Below are positions 23,856 through 36,520 of a DNA stretch of 46,099 bases, piece after piece. The stretch is from Octopus bimaculoides. Lineage: Eukaryota. The stretch lies in assembly GCF_001194135.2 (NCBI RefSeq), contig NC_068981.1:181631329-181677427 (forward strand), in the 5' to 3' direction. Every line of letters starts with the position of its first letter. The stretch's first letter is position 1. Made by a program: the position numbers and the translations under genes. The notes below the pieces were generated by a model, which saw only the letters and a program-made list of their open reading frames with translations, was not told the DNA's origin and did not search any database.

Positions 23856-24647
23856 CAGGGTTGGCCAAAATTCACCTGACAGTAAAAGTCAGCAAATTGG
23901 GTCAATGGGTTCCTCACAAACTTTCTGAGTCTAATCGTGCGCAGAGAGTGAATGTGTGTTCTTTGCTGGCACATCTCACGAATGTGGACCAAATAGTGAC
24001 TGGTGACGAGAAATGGGTTCCCTATAAAAATGTCAAGCACCGAAGACAGTGGATAGGGAGAGGAGAAACACTGGCAACCCAGGCTAAAGAAGATCTTCAC
24101 TCTTGTAAGGTGTTGTTATCTGTTAGGTGGGACATGAAAGGTTTAGTCCACTTTGAACTTTTAAACTCAAACCAAATAATAACAAATGAGATCTACTGTG
24201 ATCAGCTGGAGTGGCTTAAGTCACCGTTAGAAGAAAAACAACCATCTGTGGTTTCAAGACAAAAGGTGTTCTTCCAACAGGATAATGCTCAGCCACATAC
24301 AGCGAGGATGACATTCCAAAGGCTGGAGAATTTCAATGGGAAACAATGCTCCACCCACCATGTTCGCCAGACATTGACCCATTTGATTATCATTTATTCC
24401 ACAGTCTTCAAAATCATTTGGATGGAAAAAATATGAATTCTGTAGGCAAGATCAGAACAGTACTTGGAGGAGTATTTTTCATCACAGACAAGTAGATTTG
24501 GGAAGAGGGGCCTTGCAAGTCTACCAGATAGATGGAAGAGCATTGTAGAAAATGAAGGAGAGTATACTTTAGATTGAAAAAGAACTTGTTCATCTTAATT
24601 TTGAAAAATAAAAGTATAAAACAACGGCATTATGGGATAACTCAATA
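23856..24647 (+). mobile_element. 5'-truncated mariner relic in COMMD3 intron 1
   Basis: WVPHKL, TGDEKW, QQDNAQPH motifs; right end cggcattatgggataactcaata resembles the other mariner TIR. Confidence 0.9.
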
Positions 24648-24656
24648 CATGTTTGT

Positions 24657-24664
<8 letters not shown>

Positions 24665-24701
<37 letters not shown>

Positions 24702-24753
24702 GTTAAAAAAAAACAACAAAAAACAACGCGAGGACGTGATACAGATATTGTGT

Positions 24754-24800
<47 letters not shown>
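24665..24800. repeat. Two (TA)n tracts flanking a 60-bp insert
   Basis: Direct observation. Confidence 0.9.
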
Positions 24801-24803
<3 letters not shown>

Positions 24804-25484
24804 ATACATACATACACACAAGCAGGTTATTATCCTTGAATGATGTTTTATGAAACATCTAACCTACACATGACAAGTGTACTTTTTTTGATATTTTTAG
24901 AATGTCTAAATGAGTTGATCTTCTGTCTTACATTTTATGAGGACCGTTTTTGTTTAATTCAACATTCTTGTTGAAATCAATACACACACTATATATATAT
25001 ATATATGTATGTATGTATACACATCAAGTCAACAAGAGCAATGAAAAAATTTTGAAATGAAGGTACAGAGAAGAGTTTATTTCATTTACCTCTGGAATGT
25101 ACTATTTGCATAAAAGAAGACTAATTGTCTCTGTAGTTGTCTGGTCCAAATGTTAAAAAGTGTACGGCACCCACGCACGCATGCATGCATAAAAACACAG
25201 AAGAAATATAGATACACACATACTTATACAAATACAGAAGTACAGATATAAACACACAAATGCCTAAAGTCAAACTAAGACTAAGTAGTATCCTGTGACT
25301 GAGTCCCATGTTAATTTTTCAAAGGTTACATTGTGTCTTTTGTTTTGCAAGTAACAACAAATGCCATTTACCATTAATATTCTTACTTATAAGAACAGCA
25401 GAGCGTCTGAGAGACTTTGGATGCCTGACATCCTGAGACCATGAAATTTTTATCTGTCTATCTATCTATTCATTATCATCATTT

Positions 25485-25700
25485 AACATCTGTTTTCCAT
25501 GCTGGCATGGGTTGGACAGTTTGACAGGAGCTGGCAAACCAGAGAACTGTGTCAGGTTTCAATGTCTGCCATGGTTTCTACAGCTGGATGGCCTTCCTAA
25601 TGCCAACCAATTTACAGAGTATATTGGGTGCTTTTTATGCGTGTCACAGCACCAGTGAGGTCCGAAAGTAAATCACAAGATAAGACCCCACTGCTCAACT
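25485..25700 (-). mobile_element. RTE 3'-tail copy
   Basis: Reverse-orientation tail motifs. Confidence 0.75.
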
Positions 25701-26279
25701 GAAGGATAGTAGTATTGAGAGAGGGGTTTTTATACCAGGTGATGAAAGGCTAAAGTATGATAGGATGACAACAACAACAACAGGTGTTGTGCTATGGGGA
25801 AGAGGGGATAATACATGGCTACCTTGCATTATATAAGGGGGAGTGGGAGTAGATGGAAAGAAAGATAAAGATGGTGCTACTGAGGTTTTGGAGCAGATTC
25901 TCAACATACAAGAAGGTGAAGGGAGGAGGGAATAGAGACAGAAACGGGTTCAGATCATGACAAGACAGAGAAAACTGTAATTTCATACATAGGACTAAAA
26001 CCAAGTTAGTGTTGTACACTGGAGCAGCTAGGCATGAGCATCCATTGATCATCAACTGGCTACGCCAATTCTCTTTCTTTCAGATGCAGGAAATAGAACA
26101 TTATACAAGCTGAAAGCACCACTACTTCAACTGTTGCAAGGCAATAGCTGCAGAAAAAAAAACAAAAAAAAAAATATATTGACCTCTTTGGTCAAACTGC
26201 TAAGTTATGGGGATGTAAACACACCAACACTAGTTGTCAAGCAAGGGTGAGGGACAAACACAAGCAGAAAGACACATGT

Positions 26280-26582
26280 AATATGGTACGTAAAAGCACC
26301 ATCCGAACGTGGTCGATGCCAATGTCCCCTGACTGACTCTCATGCCAGTGGCATGTAAAAAGCACTATCTGAACATGATCGATGCCAGAGCTGCTTGACT
26401 GTCTCCCATACTGGCGGCACGTAAAAAGCACCCACTATACTCTCAGAGTGGTTGGCATTAGGAAGGGCATCCACCCATAGAAACATTGCCAGATCAGATT
26501 GCTGGAGCCTGGTGCAGCTGCTGGTTTTCCAGAACTCAGTCAACCGTCCAACCCATGCCAGCAAGGAAAACGGACGTTAAAT
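26280..26582 (+). mobile_element. RTE 3'-tail copy
   Basis: gtaaaagcacc units followed by the terminal module. Confidence 0.8.
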
Positions 26583-27945
26583 GATAGATAGATAGGATAG
26601 ATAACGGGCTTCTTTCAGTTTCTGTCTATGAAATCTACTTGCCCAAGGTGCCATGCAGTGGGACTGAACTCGGAACCATGTGGTTGGGAAGCAACCTTCT
26701 TACCAAACAGTCACTCCTGCGCAGATATATGTGCTGTAATCGTGTTGTTTCTGAAAAAGACCATATAGTTATGATGTCATCGGAAGACGTTTTTGAGGTC
26801 TTTGTTTATGGAGTCAATGCAATTTGGACAGGGTGTTTGGGCTACCTGTGATTTGGTGTGAGATGTCTAGGTTGCATATAGATACCACTTGGGTATGGAA
26901 GGCAGGGAGAAATGCAATATGATATCATTTGGTTAATGTTAGAAGTGACAAGTAAGTTAGTAATGCAGGAGAGAAAGAGTATTTTTGGCGGAGGTGGATT
27001 AGCGTCATCCATGTATGTTCTACAAAACACACATGGATGAGGCTATTCCAAAACTCTATCGTGACAAAATATTGGTTTCAAATGTCGCTAAGCGTTTTGC
27101 CTGGCACCATAACGATTCTGCCAGCTGGCCGCGTTATCGAGACAAAATGTTGAGTTCAAATTTTGGCACAAGGCCAGCAATTTCGGGAAACGGGGCAAGT
27201 CGATTATATCAACCCAAGTTTTTAACTGGTACTTATTTTACCGACCCCGAAAGGGATGAAAGACAAAGTCGACTTCGGCAGAATTTGAACTCAGAACGCG
27301 AAGACGGACGAAATGCCGCTAAGCATTTTACCCGGTACAGTAACGATTCTACCAGCTCGCTGGCTTATCGAGACAAAATATTAGAAAATATTTAGTCCGG
27401 TACTTCAAATGTGTTGGTTATTCCTTGCTGTTACAAATATACCCACTGCTACAATCATATTAAACTAAGAAAATATATGCCCGCCATCTAGTCCATGTAA
27501 ACAAAATACAAATACAAAACAGTTTAGATAACGAACGAAACATTATAAATAGCTGAAACAATACATATACTAAGTATCACTAAACACTACAAACATATTT
27601 AAAATAGGTGTTCCTGCTGTAAAAATTAACGAAGTTCTATTCACATATTTATTAAAGCAGATTTCCAAAAAGTGGGCGTGCTTGAATGAATTATTAAGCA
27701 ATATAGCAACATCTATTCGTTCTCAGTCACCCCGTTTATAATGTCCATTATTTTAAGAGTGCTCTATGAAAGTATAACATAAAGATTATTTACAATACAT
27801 TAAGACTTATTAAACAAAACGTCATTCACAGTCAGGTTCTTAATGTCTTTTCTTTGGACGTAAGAGGCTTGATACGATAACATGACACTATCAACAAAAC
27901 TAAAAGAGGAAGCATATCAAGAAGAATGAAAGGAGAAATAAATAC

Positions 27946-28075
27946 CAATATTATGTGATTTGGTCAGAATTCCTTGACATGCTGATTCTACTAATGGATG
28001 AAAACAGTCGTTAGGAACAGCATTAGTATTGCCAGCGGCAGATAGTCCTTGGATAAGATTTGCCGACACTTCCAT
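27946..28075 (-). CDS. COMMD3: COMMD3 exon 1 (ATG at 28075)
   Basis: aaaacATGG context; MEVSANLIQGLSAAGNTNAVPNDCFHPLVESACQGILTKSHNI+G; 130 nt, donor GTATTT, phase 1 fits exon 2. Confidence 0.88.
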
Positions 28076-28400
28076 GTTTTGTATTTTGTTGTACCGTAAG
28101 CGGTTTCGAGTTTTAAAGAGTTCCACTAACATCACCGACTACTCAGCTTTTTATTTTAAATTATTATATAATGTAAAATAACACGAAATTTTAATGTAAG
28201 GTATGCATACAATTTTAGCCTTGCCGCAATGTATTAAACATTAAAAAAAAAATTCTTCGTGGGAATGAAATTCTGATTGTATAACTAAAATAAAAATTTT
28301 AGAATATGCATAAGCGGTGCATTGGGTATCATGAATTAGACAGACCCATATGCGCGCACGCATACACACTTGCAGCAGAGTGGAGTATGCATGCCTCTGT
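28076..28400 (-). promoter_or_regulatory. Probable COMMD3 5'UTR/promoter
   Basis: Unique, CpG-retaining sequence directly upstream of the ATG; GC dyad atgcgcgcacgcat near 28329. TSS not determinable. Confidence 0.45.
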
Positions 28401-28546
28401 TTTGATTATTTACTGAATTGTGTTATTTTTCATAGAAATGTTCTGAATTTGTATGTGTACAAATTCAGAGTAACAATTCAATGGAAATTAACATACATGC
28501 TCTCTCTCTCTCTTTCTCCCCCCCTCTCTCTCTCACACACACACTA

Positions 28547-28712
28547 AGGGCTTTTTCAGTTTTCATCTACTAAATCCTATGGTTGGCCTGGGGCTGTGGT
28601 AGAAAACACTTACTCAAGATGCCATTCAGTGGGACTGAACATGAAACCATGTGGTTAGGAAGCAAAATTTTCACCCACACAGCCACACTAACACCTCAGC
28701 CATGCCTGTACT
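28547..28712 (-). mobile_element. SINE-A 5' half (similar halves at about 26600-26720 -, 30622-30785 -, 38038-38192 +)
   Basis: Head and body ending at the microsatellite position. Confidence 0.75.
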
Positions 28713-29249
28713 TCAATGGTTTGCAATTACACACATTTGCAAAATATTCTATTTCTACCTTCTGACTAAACAATTTCAAATGCAAAGACTGTTTCCCTGC
28801 TCCACCAGCATTTATAACAACATATCCATGATCCAACAAAGTTATTCAACCTGACAAAAATGTCAGACAACACTACCTCAAATCATACTTTACTGTTTAA
28901 AAGGAGATGCAACACAATGATGGAGCACAATATGTTAGGACTGCATTAACCATTGCATCAGAAAACAACGTAAGTGAGTCACAGCTAGAATGCCTGGTCA
29001 GAATTGATTTAGAGCTTAAATAATGTTCACATAATGTTCAGGCTATGCTGATAAAATTATAGCCCAAAGCAGTGTTAATTGAGGGCTGGTTATATGGGTG
29101 TTGCATCCCATCTATATATTTTAGGAATAAAACATGCAGGAATGAAAAAGAATATATAGAAATAGGTTGCATATGGAACCAGAAAAACTGTGCCATAACT
29201 ATGTTCCTTTATATTTTACATTCCTCTTCCTTTACTCAACCATCCCATT

Positions 29250-29885
29250 TATATTCTGATACCCGTCCCTTGTGAGTATGCCCGGCACTTTGCTACCATC
29301 TCTATCCTGCTGTCTTCCACTCACTCTTTCTCCTCCTGCACTTCCCTCAGGTTGGGTAACCATGTATTTCCTTTGCAGTGGCGCACCTATTTCTGTCTTC
29401 ATTCTCTCTCTCTCTGGCCGGGTAACCTTGTACCTCCTCTACAGCAAGACACCTGTTTCTGTCTTTCTGCCTCACTATAACCTTTCATCATCTGACACAA
29501 GATCACCTCCTCCAGTGCCCCCTCCTCTCTCAAAAGAATCTTTTTTTTTTGTCTTGCAAGTACTTGGTGATCCTCTCAGTGCAGGTGCCATGTAAAAAGC
29601 ACCCAGTCCACACTGTAAAGTGGTTGGTGTTCAGAAGGGCATCCAGCTGTAAAAACCTTGCCAAAACTGACCTTGCCTGTGCTTATGTCATGTAAAAAGC
29701 ACTAAGCCCACTCTGCTGAGTGGTTGGTGTTAGGAAGGGCATCCAGCTGTAAAAATCCTGCCAAAACAGTTACAGAAGTCTGGCACAGGTTTCTGCCTGG
29801 CCAGCTCTTGTCAAACCGTCCAACTCATGCCAGCAGGGAAGGCAGATGTTAAACGATGATGATGATGATGATGATGACGATGATG
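29250..29885 (+). mobile_element. LINE 3' fragment with duplicated RTE terminal module
   Basis: Two gaagggcatccagctgtaaaa copies (about 29635 and 29734), (GAT)n tail. Confidence 0.75.
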
Positions 29886-30232
29886 AGTTCAGTCTCTTTT
29901 ACCTCAAAGGAGGCAGCTAGTAGAATCATTGGCACATTGGACAGAATGCTTAGTGGCATTACTTCTGTCCAGGTTGACTTTGCCTTTCATCCTTTCAGGA
30001 TTAATAAAATAATGTATCAATCAAGCACTGGGTTTGATGTAATCAGCTTGCCCCATCCCCTAAAATTTCAGGCCTTGTGCCTATTGTTGAAAGAATTATA
30101 ATTACAAGCACCATCCGAAAGTGCTGCCTGATTGATTCCTGTGCTGGTGGCACATAAAAAGCACCCACCCCTGTTAACGGGGACAAAACCTGGATTTTAA
30201 AAACTGGATGATGATGATGATGATGATGATAT

Positions 30233-30620
30233 CATCCTCATCACTGTTTAATGTCCGCTTTCCATGCTGGCATGGATTGGACGGTTTGATGGAGGACTGG
30301 CAAGCCAGGAGGTTACACCAGGCTCCAATCTGATCTGGCAAGGTTTCTACAGCTGGATGACCTTCCTAACGCCAACCACTCCGAGAGTGTAGTGGGTGCC
30401 TTTTATGTGCCACCACAATGGGGGCTAGTCAAGTGGCACTGGCATCGACCACACTTGAATGGTGCTTTATATGTGCCACCTGCATGCGAGCCAGTCAGGT
30501 GACACTGGCATCGACCATGCTCGAATGGTGCATTTTACAAGCCACTGGCACGGGCATAGTTCATGCTTGAATGATGCTTTTTACATGCCACCAGTACAGG
30601 TGCCATTCAGGTAGCACTGT
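30233..30620 (-). mobile_element. RTE 3'-tail copy
   Basis: Tail module plus about 4 gtgccac units. Confidence 0.8.
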
Positions 30621-31065
30621 GATGGGCTTGTTTCAGTCCCCATCTATCAAATTTACTCACAAGGTTTTGGTCAAACTGAGGTTACAGTAGAAGACACTTG
30701 CCCAAGGTCCCATATAGTAAGATTGAACCCGGAACCATGTGGTTGGGAAGCAAGCTCTTTACCACACAGCCATGACTGTTCCTATCATACTCATAATTTA
30801 GTTTGAAGAGTCTTTCCTAAATTGAACAATAAGGAAAACAGGGCAGGATTATAGCAGTTAATGTTCAAAGTGGAATGGGTTAGTACCCATTAGTAAAAAT
30901 GAATGGAAGAAAATAGTTGAAATGAAGCATCTAGAAGGGAATGAAACTAAAGTGTGTAGCTGAACAAAGACATTCCAGATATGACCATCTTGTCTTTTTG
31001 GAATGTGTAGGTCTACATTATCTATTGGGTTGTTTTTTACATTCAAGATGATAGCTTAGCATTTG

Positions 31066-31077
31066 AAAGAGAGAGAG

Positions 31078-31142
<65 letters not shown>

Positions 31143-31165
31143 GAGAGAGAGAGAGAGAGAGAGAA
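31066..31165. repeat. (GA)n microsatellite
   Basis: About 100 bp. Confidence 0.95.
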
Positions 31166-31279
31166 AAAGGGAAAGAGAAAGAGAGAGATTTAGCTACCAT
31201 CTCTAGCAGTAGAACAACCACATAGAGGCTTCTTTGTTGGCACAGTTTGACGTGTACAATATACATACATACACACACA

Positions 31280-31315
31280 CATGTATGTATGTATGTATGT
31301 ATGTATGTATGTATG

Positions 31316-31350
<35 letters not shown>
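31280..31350. repeat. (TATG)n/(TA)n compound microsatellite
   Basis: Direct observation. Confidence 0.95.
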
Positions 31351-31354
<4 letters not shown>

Positions 31355-31917
31355 CACTTGTATACATGTGTGTGTGTGTATTGTGTGCTTAAACTGTGCT
31401 GTCTTTGTTAGTTATAATATCTTAATTATTAAATCATCTTGGGCTGCTCAAGACATGGCATCAAATAACACCTGCAAGATGAGAGGATATCCTTTCAGTA
31501 CTTCCTTAAATATTCCAAATTCCAGCAATCTTCCTTATGTTGTAAAGGATTTCATTTCTTTTATCCTTTTCCTCTTGCGATATTTAAAACTTCTCATGTG
31601 TTGCTAAACTACAACACTCTCAACTCTGTGGCAGCAACTGTTGATTTCTTTCAGGCTTCCAGAGGCAAGTGAATCATACCAGCTGATCCAAGAAGTGTGT
31701 TCCAAGTTCCCTGTAATAACTGTAGAGCCATTTTTGTTTGATAAAACCTGACCATGCAGACCTGTGGTCAGAAACAATCCAACAGTGACTATTCTGTCTT
31801 CGTAGGGGTATCTAGGATTTCACTTCTATTTCTAAAATGATAAGGTATAATCAGAAGGAGTTTTGGCTGCTATTTCTATTTATGTGGTTGAATGATCACA
31901 TATATATATATGTTAGA

Positions 31918-32140
31918 AAGGCGGCAAGTTGGCAGAAATGTAAGCATGTTGAGCGAAATGCTTAGCGGTATTTCATCTGTCTTTAAATTTTGAGTTTCTC
32001 AGTTCAAATTCTGCTGAGGTTGACTTTGCCTTTCATCCTTTCGGGGTCGATAAATTAAATACCAGTTGCATACTGGGGTCGATCTAATCGACTGCCCCCA
32101 CCCTCCCCAAAAATTTCGGGCTTTCTGCCTAGAGTAGAAA
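31918..32140 (+). mobile_element. SINE-B (further + copies at about 29930-30100, 38545-38750, 38870-39630 split, 39645-39848, 40090-40218, 40835-41030, 42888-43108)
   Basis: ggcggcaagttggcagaa head, ctgagttcaaat B-box, central core. Confidence 0.8.
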
Positions 32141-32898
32141 AGAAAGAATGACCACATAAAGGCTCTCTTGTTGGTTTGAGTCTGTTGTAGTTTATCATTG
32201 GACTATAAGGTATTGTACAATATGTCTGACGGCTTTTTTTTTTTGCCAACTTCTAAATTTAATTGCTCTTTTTATGGAATCTTCTCTGCCCGTTAAGCTA
32301 ATGATATTTTTCTGGCTCACTGATGATGTAATTTCTAATTAAATGAAATTTCTCGGTTCACTGCTTTATGTATGTTAGCACTGACTTTACTATTTATTTT
32401 TCATGCAGAACACATCCCTGGTTATTTCCCTTCACACACACACACACATTCTTTCTGTTTCCTCCCTCCCCCCTCTCTCTCATTTAATGATTTAAGTTGT
32501 CACACTCCTTCAAAGTTTATTCACCAAACCTTTATTTAACTCAGTCCTCATATACCCGCAATGCTGGTTTGACTATGCTATGTCGAGGAGGTCTAATAAT
32601 ATCTAAACTCATACAGAGTTATCCCTCACTGCTAATGATCAAACTCACTCCCTATTCAATTCTATTCATAATAAATTTAAATTACAGGACAATGTTCCCC
32701 TCGCTTTTATTTTACTAGAGTTAATCATTAAACTAATTTATTTTCTCAGTACAGACACCATTTTAAGGAATTAAAATGTCTTCATTCACTATATTTAATA
32801 TCTTAACACCGATATTATATTTTGATATAGTATTGAGCCTTGTTGTTTGAGGATTCCTCCATATGCTTAAAATCTTAACCATTGCTCAAAATATTTTC

Positions 32899-34446
32899 TA
32901 CAGAGGAATTGGGCAATAACAGAGGTTGCCCCTGGAAGCTCTTCTATGCTGATGACCTTGCTCTAATTGCTGAGTCACTATCAGAACTAGAGGAAAAGTT
33001 TCAAGTGTGGAAGCAAGGATTAGCATCAAAGGGACTTAGAGTTTTAACAAGTAGGAAGGCAGACAAACCACAAATCCCTTCAGGTAGGTGGCCCTGCTCG
33101 ATCTGTAGAAAAGGTGTAGGTAGAAACTCCATAAGATGTAGCCAGTGTAAGGTATGGACACATAAGAGGTGCAGCAATATCAAAGGAAGGCTAACTGGGA
33201 AGATAGTTTTTGTATGTGGCAAATGCTCAGGTGCTATAAACACTGAAAATGTGCAGAGAACAGCTTCTGTCACATTCCAAGGAGAAAAACTACAAGTACT
33301 TTCATTACCTAGGGGACCAAGTCAGTAGCGGGGGTGGATGCTCTGAAAGTGTAGCTGCTACAATAAGAATAGCCTGGGCAAAGTTAAGAGAGCTCTTACC
33401 TCTGCTGTTGACAAAGGGCCTCTCTCTCAGAGTAAGAGGTAGACTGTATGATGCATGTGTACGAACATGGCAGTGAAACATGGGCTGTGACTGCTGAGGA
33501 CATGTGCAAGCTCGCAAGGAATGAAGCCAGTATGCTCCGATGGATGTGTAATGTCAGTGTGTATACACGACAGTATAGGCATCCTGAGAAAAAAGTTGGA
33601 TTTAAGAAGCATTAGATGTGGTGTGCAAGAGAGATGACTGCACTGGTATAGTCATGTGTTGCGAATGGATGAGGACAGCTGTGAGAAAAAGAGTCACACC
33701 CTAGCAGTTGAGGGAACCTGTGGAAGAGGTAGACCCAAGAAGACCTGGGATGAGGTGGTGAAGCATGACCTTTGAACATTGGGCCTTACTGAGGCAATGA
33801 CTAGTGACTGAAACCTTTGGAGATATGCTGTACTTAAGAAGACCTGACAAGCCAAGTGAGACCATAGGCCATGGCCTATGCCAGAGGGTGTAACCAGCCC
33901 ACTTATGAAAACCCCTCATTCATTGAACAATAAACTTTGCTTGCAAAGACCTATTGAGGCAAGTGAAATCAAAATCAGAATTGCTGATGTATCTGATGAA
34001 AGTACCACCTGATTGGCACTTGTGCCAGTTAAAAGTACATCCGAATGTGATCGTTGCCAGGGCCATGGATTGGCTCCCGTGCCAGTGGCACATAAAAAGC
34101 ACCATTTGAGCATGATCATTGCCAGCGTTGCCTTACCGGCACATGTGCTGGTGGCATGTGGAAAACAACATTGCCAGTGCCGTCCCATGCAGGTAGCATG
34201 TAAAACACACCTTTTGAGCATGGTCATTGTCAGAACCGCCTTACTGGCCCTCGTGCCGGCGGGACTTAAAAGCAACCAATACACTCTTGGAGTGGTTGGC
34301 GTTAGGAAGGGCATCCAGCTGTAGAAACTTTGCCAGATCAGATTGAGCCTGGTGCAGCCTTCTGGCTCACCAGTCCTCAGTCAAACCGTCCAACCCATGC
34401 CAGCATGGAAAGTGGACGTTAAATGATGATGATGATGATGATGATG
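32899..34446 (+). mobile_element. 5'-truncated RTE-clade LINE
   Basis: YADD RT motif, C4HC3 finger, GRGRPKKTW-type C-terminus, stop near 33859, repetitive 3'UTR and (GAT)n tail; frameshifted. Confidence 0.92.
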
Positions 34447-34580
34447 TTCTGGTAGCAGATGCCATCTGTTGTGGTATTCCTTCCTACTCTACTTGTCATT
34501 TGATAAGCAGCTGTTTATTTCTGTATACAGTTCAACTGTTTCACTCATTATGACAAGACTATTATTATACTGCAATTTGT

Positions 34581-34622
<42 letters not shown>

Positions 34623-34721
34623 TTTTGCTGCAAAGGCAGCTTGGGGGAAATGGGAATGAGTCGATTACAGCGACCCCAGTGTTTCACTGGTACTTAATTT
34701 ATTGGCCCCAATAATAATAAT

Positions 34722-35047
34722 AACAAGAGCACTCAGGGAGTGCAAACCTCTGCCAAGAAGAGCTGATTTTTAAAATGAGAATATCTGAAATAAACTCGAC
34801 TACTCTTACAAATGAGAATACTAAAAACCACTCAAAAATTAAGTAAAAAAAACAGGAAAAATAATCTAGAATCCTTGTCAGGTACCAGATCAATCCCAAA
34901 AGCTAATCAGTTTGTGCCAGCCACGAGGCCAAACATCCTTGAAAGTTTCATCCAAATCCATCCAGCAGTTCTTGAGATATCTTGTCCACAGACAAACAAA
35001 CAAACACGACTGAAAACAATATGTCCGCCTTCGCTAAGGTGGAGGTA
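34722..35047 (+). mobile_element. Helentron-associated (HINE/DINE-like) non-autonomous element
   Basis: 5' sub-TIR acctctgcc, 3' hairpin tccgccttcgctaaggtggaggt, inserted in (TAA)n; (caaa)n near 3' end. Confidence 0.6.
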
Positions 35048-35340
35048 ATAATAATGGTTTCAAATTTTGGCACAAGGCTAGCGATTTGGTGGGAGGGGTA
35101 AGTTGATTACATCAACTCCAGCATTACAACTGGTACATTTATTGCCTTCACAGTGTTTACCGTTTTACAAAATCAAACTAGAAAACTGGATGAAACAGAG
35201 AACACAATTGAAAAAAGAATTAAAAAGAAAAAAAGGGAAAAAGAGAAAAAAGAAAAAAAAAACAAGACAATTCACCACCATGGGTTGAAAACTTGGGGGC
35301 ACTGGGAAACCTCTCTAATGGCTATTGGTACTTATTTATT

Positions 35341-35682
35341 TGTGGAGGCGCAATGGCCCAGTGGTTAGGGCAGCGGACTCGCGGTNNNNNNNNNNGCGAA
35401 AACACCTAAAGCTCCACGAGGCTCCGGCAGGGGATGGTGGCGAACCCTGCTGTACTCTTTCACCACAACTTTCTCTCACTCTTACTTCCTGTTTCTGTTG
35501 TGCCTGTAATTCAAAGGGTCAGCCTTGTCACACCGTGTCACGGTGAATATCCCCGAGAACTACGTTAAGGGTACACGTGTCTGTGGAGTGCTCAGCCACT
35601 TGCACGTTAATTTCACGAGCAGGCTGTTCCGTTGATCGGATCAACTGGAACCCTCGTCGTCGTAAGCGACGGAGTGCCAGCA
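35341..35682 (+). mobile_element. SINE family C with 11-bp TSD
   Basis: tRNA-like head ggaggcgcaatggcccagtggttagg; acttatttatt duplicated at 35330-35340 and 35683-35693. Confidence 0.85.
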
Positions 35683-36279
35683 ACTTATTTATTGACCTTG
35701 AAAGGATGAAAGGCAAATTTGATTTTGGGGGAATTTGAACTCAGAAAGTGAAGACAGGCGAAATGCTGCTAAGCATTTCTCCTGAAGTGCTAATGATTCT
35801 GTCAGCTTGCCTAAGAATGATGATAATAATAATAGGAAGAAAAGTCTGATAGTTTGACAAGGATCCAGTGATTCACAGGGCCGCATTATATCCCATCTCA
35901 GCTTTGGCAAGCTTTCCACCTTTGGCTGTCCTCCCTATCGTCGACCCCTTTACACTGTGTACTAGCTGCTTTGAGATGGATAGTTCATGAATTCAAATCT
36001 TGTGTCGTCCATGCAGCTTCCCATCCAGGCAGCGGTTTGCTTCTCATCTGCGTAATGTTATGAAAAGACGAATTAATCAGAGGACCTGTGAATCACTTAG
36101 GATTGTTACACTACTGACCAGACAGTTAATATTCTTTTTATCCCTTTTATATTTATGATATTGTTTACAGACATCGTGGATTATTAGACATAACAATGGT
36201 TTTTTTGTTTAGTCATTTTGTTATTAACGTAAATCCTTTGTCGTCATCGTTATCGTTATCTCATTAGCAGCAGCATCGT

Positions 36280-36520
36280 ATTCACCATCACCGTCTTCCC
36301 TCCACCACCACCGTTACCGCCCCTCCAACCTCTGTCACCTTCCGCCCCACTGTCACCGCCGCCACCATCACCACTACCACTACCACCATTACCAACGCCA
36401 CCTCCACTACCGCCGCCGCCGCCTTCTCTTCAGCCTCCGTCGCCGCCGCATCCTCCTCCGCCTCCTCCGCCGTCGCCTCCGCCGCCGCCACCACCATTAT
36501 CATCGTCACCCCACCCATTT
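36280..36520. repeat. Degenerate (CCN)n GC-rich low-complexity tract
   Basis: cca/ccg/cct triplets. Confidence 0.9.

Noticed and set aside
26068-26160. Plus-strand acceptor ttctctttctttcag antisense to COMMD3
   Set aside because: No convincing donor or recognisable peptide.
32315-32390. C/D snoRNA (TGATGA...CTGA)
   Set aside because: No terminal stem, imperfect C box, not within an identified intron.
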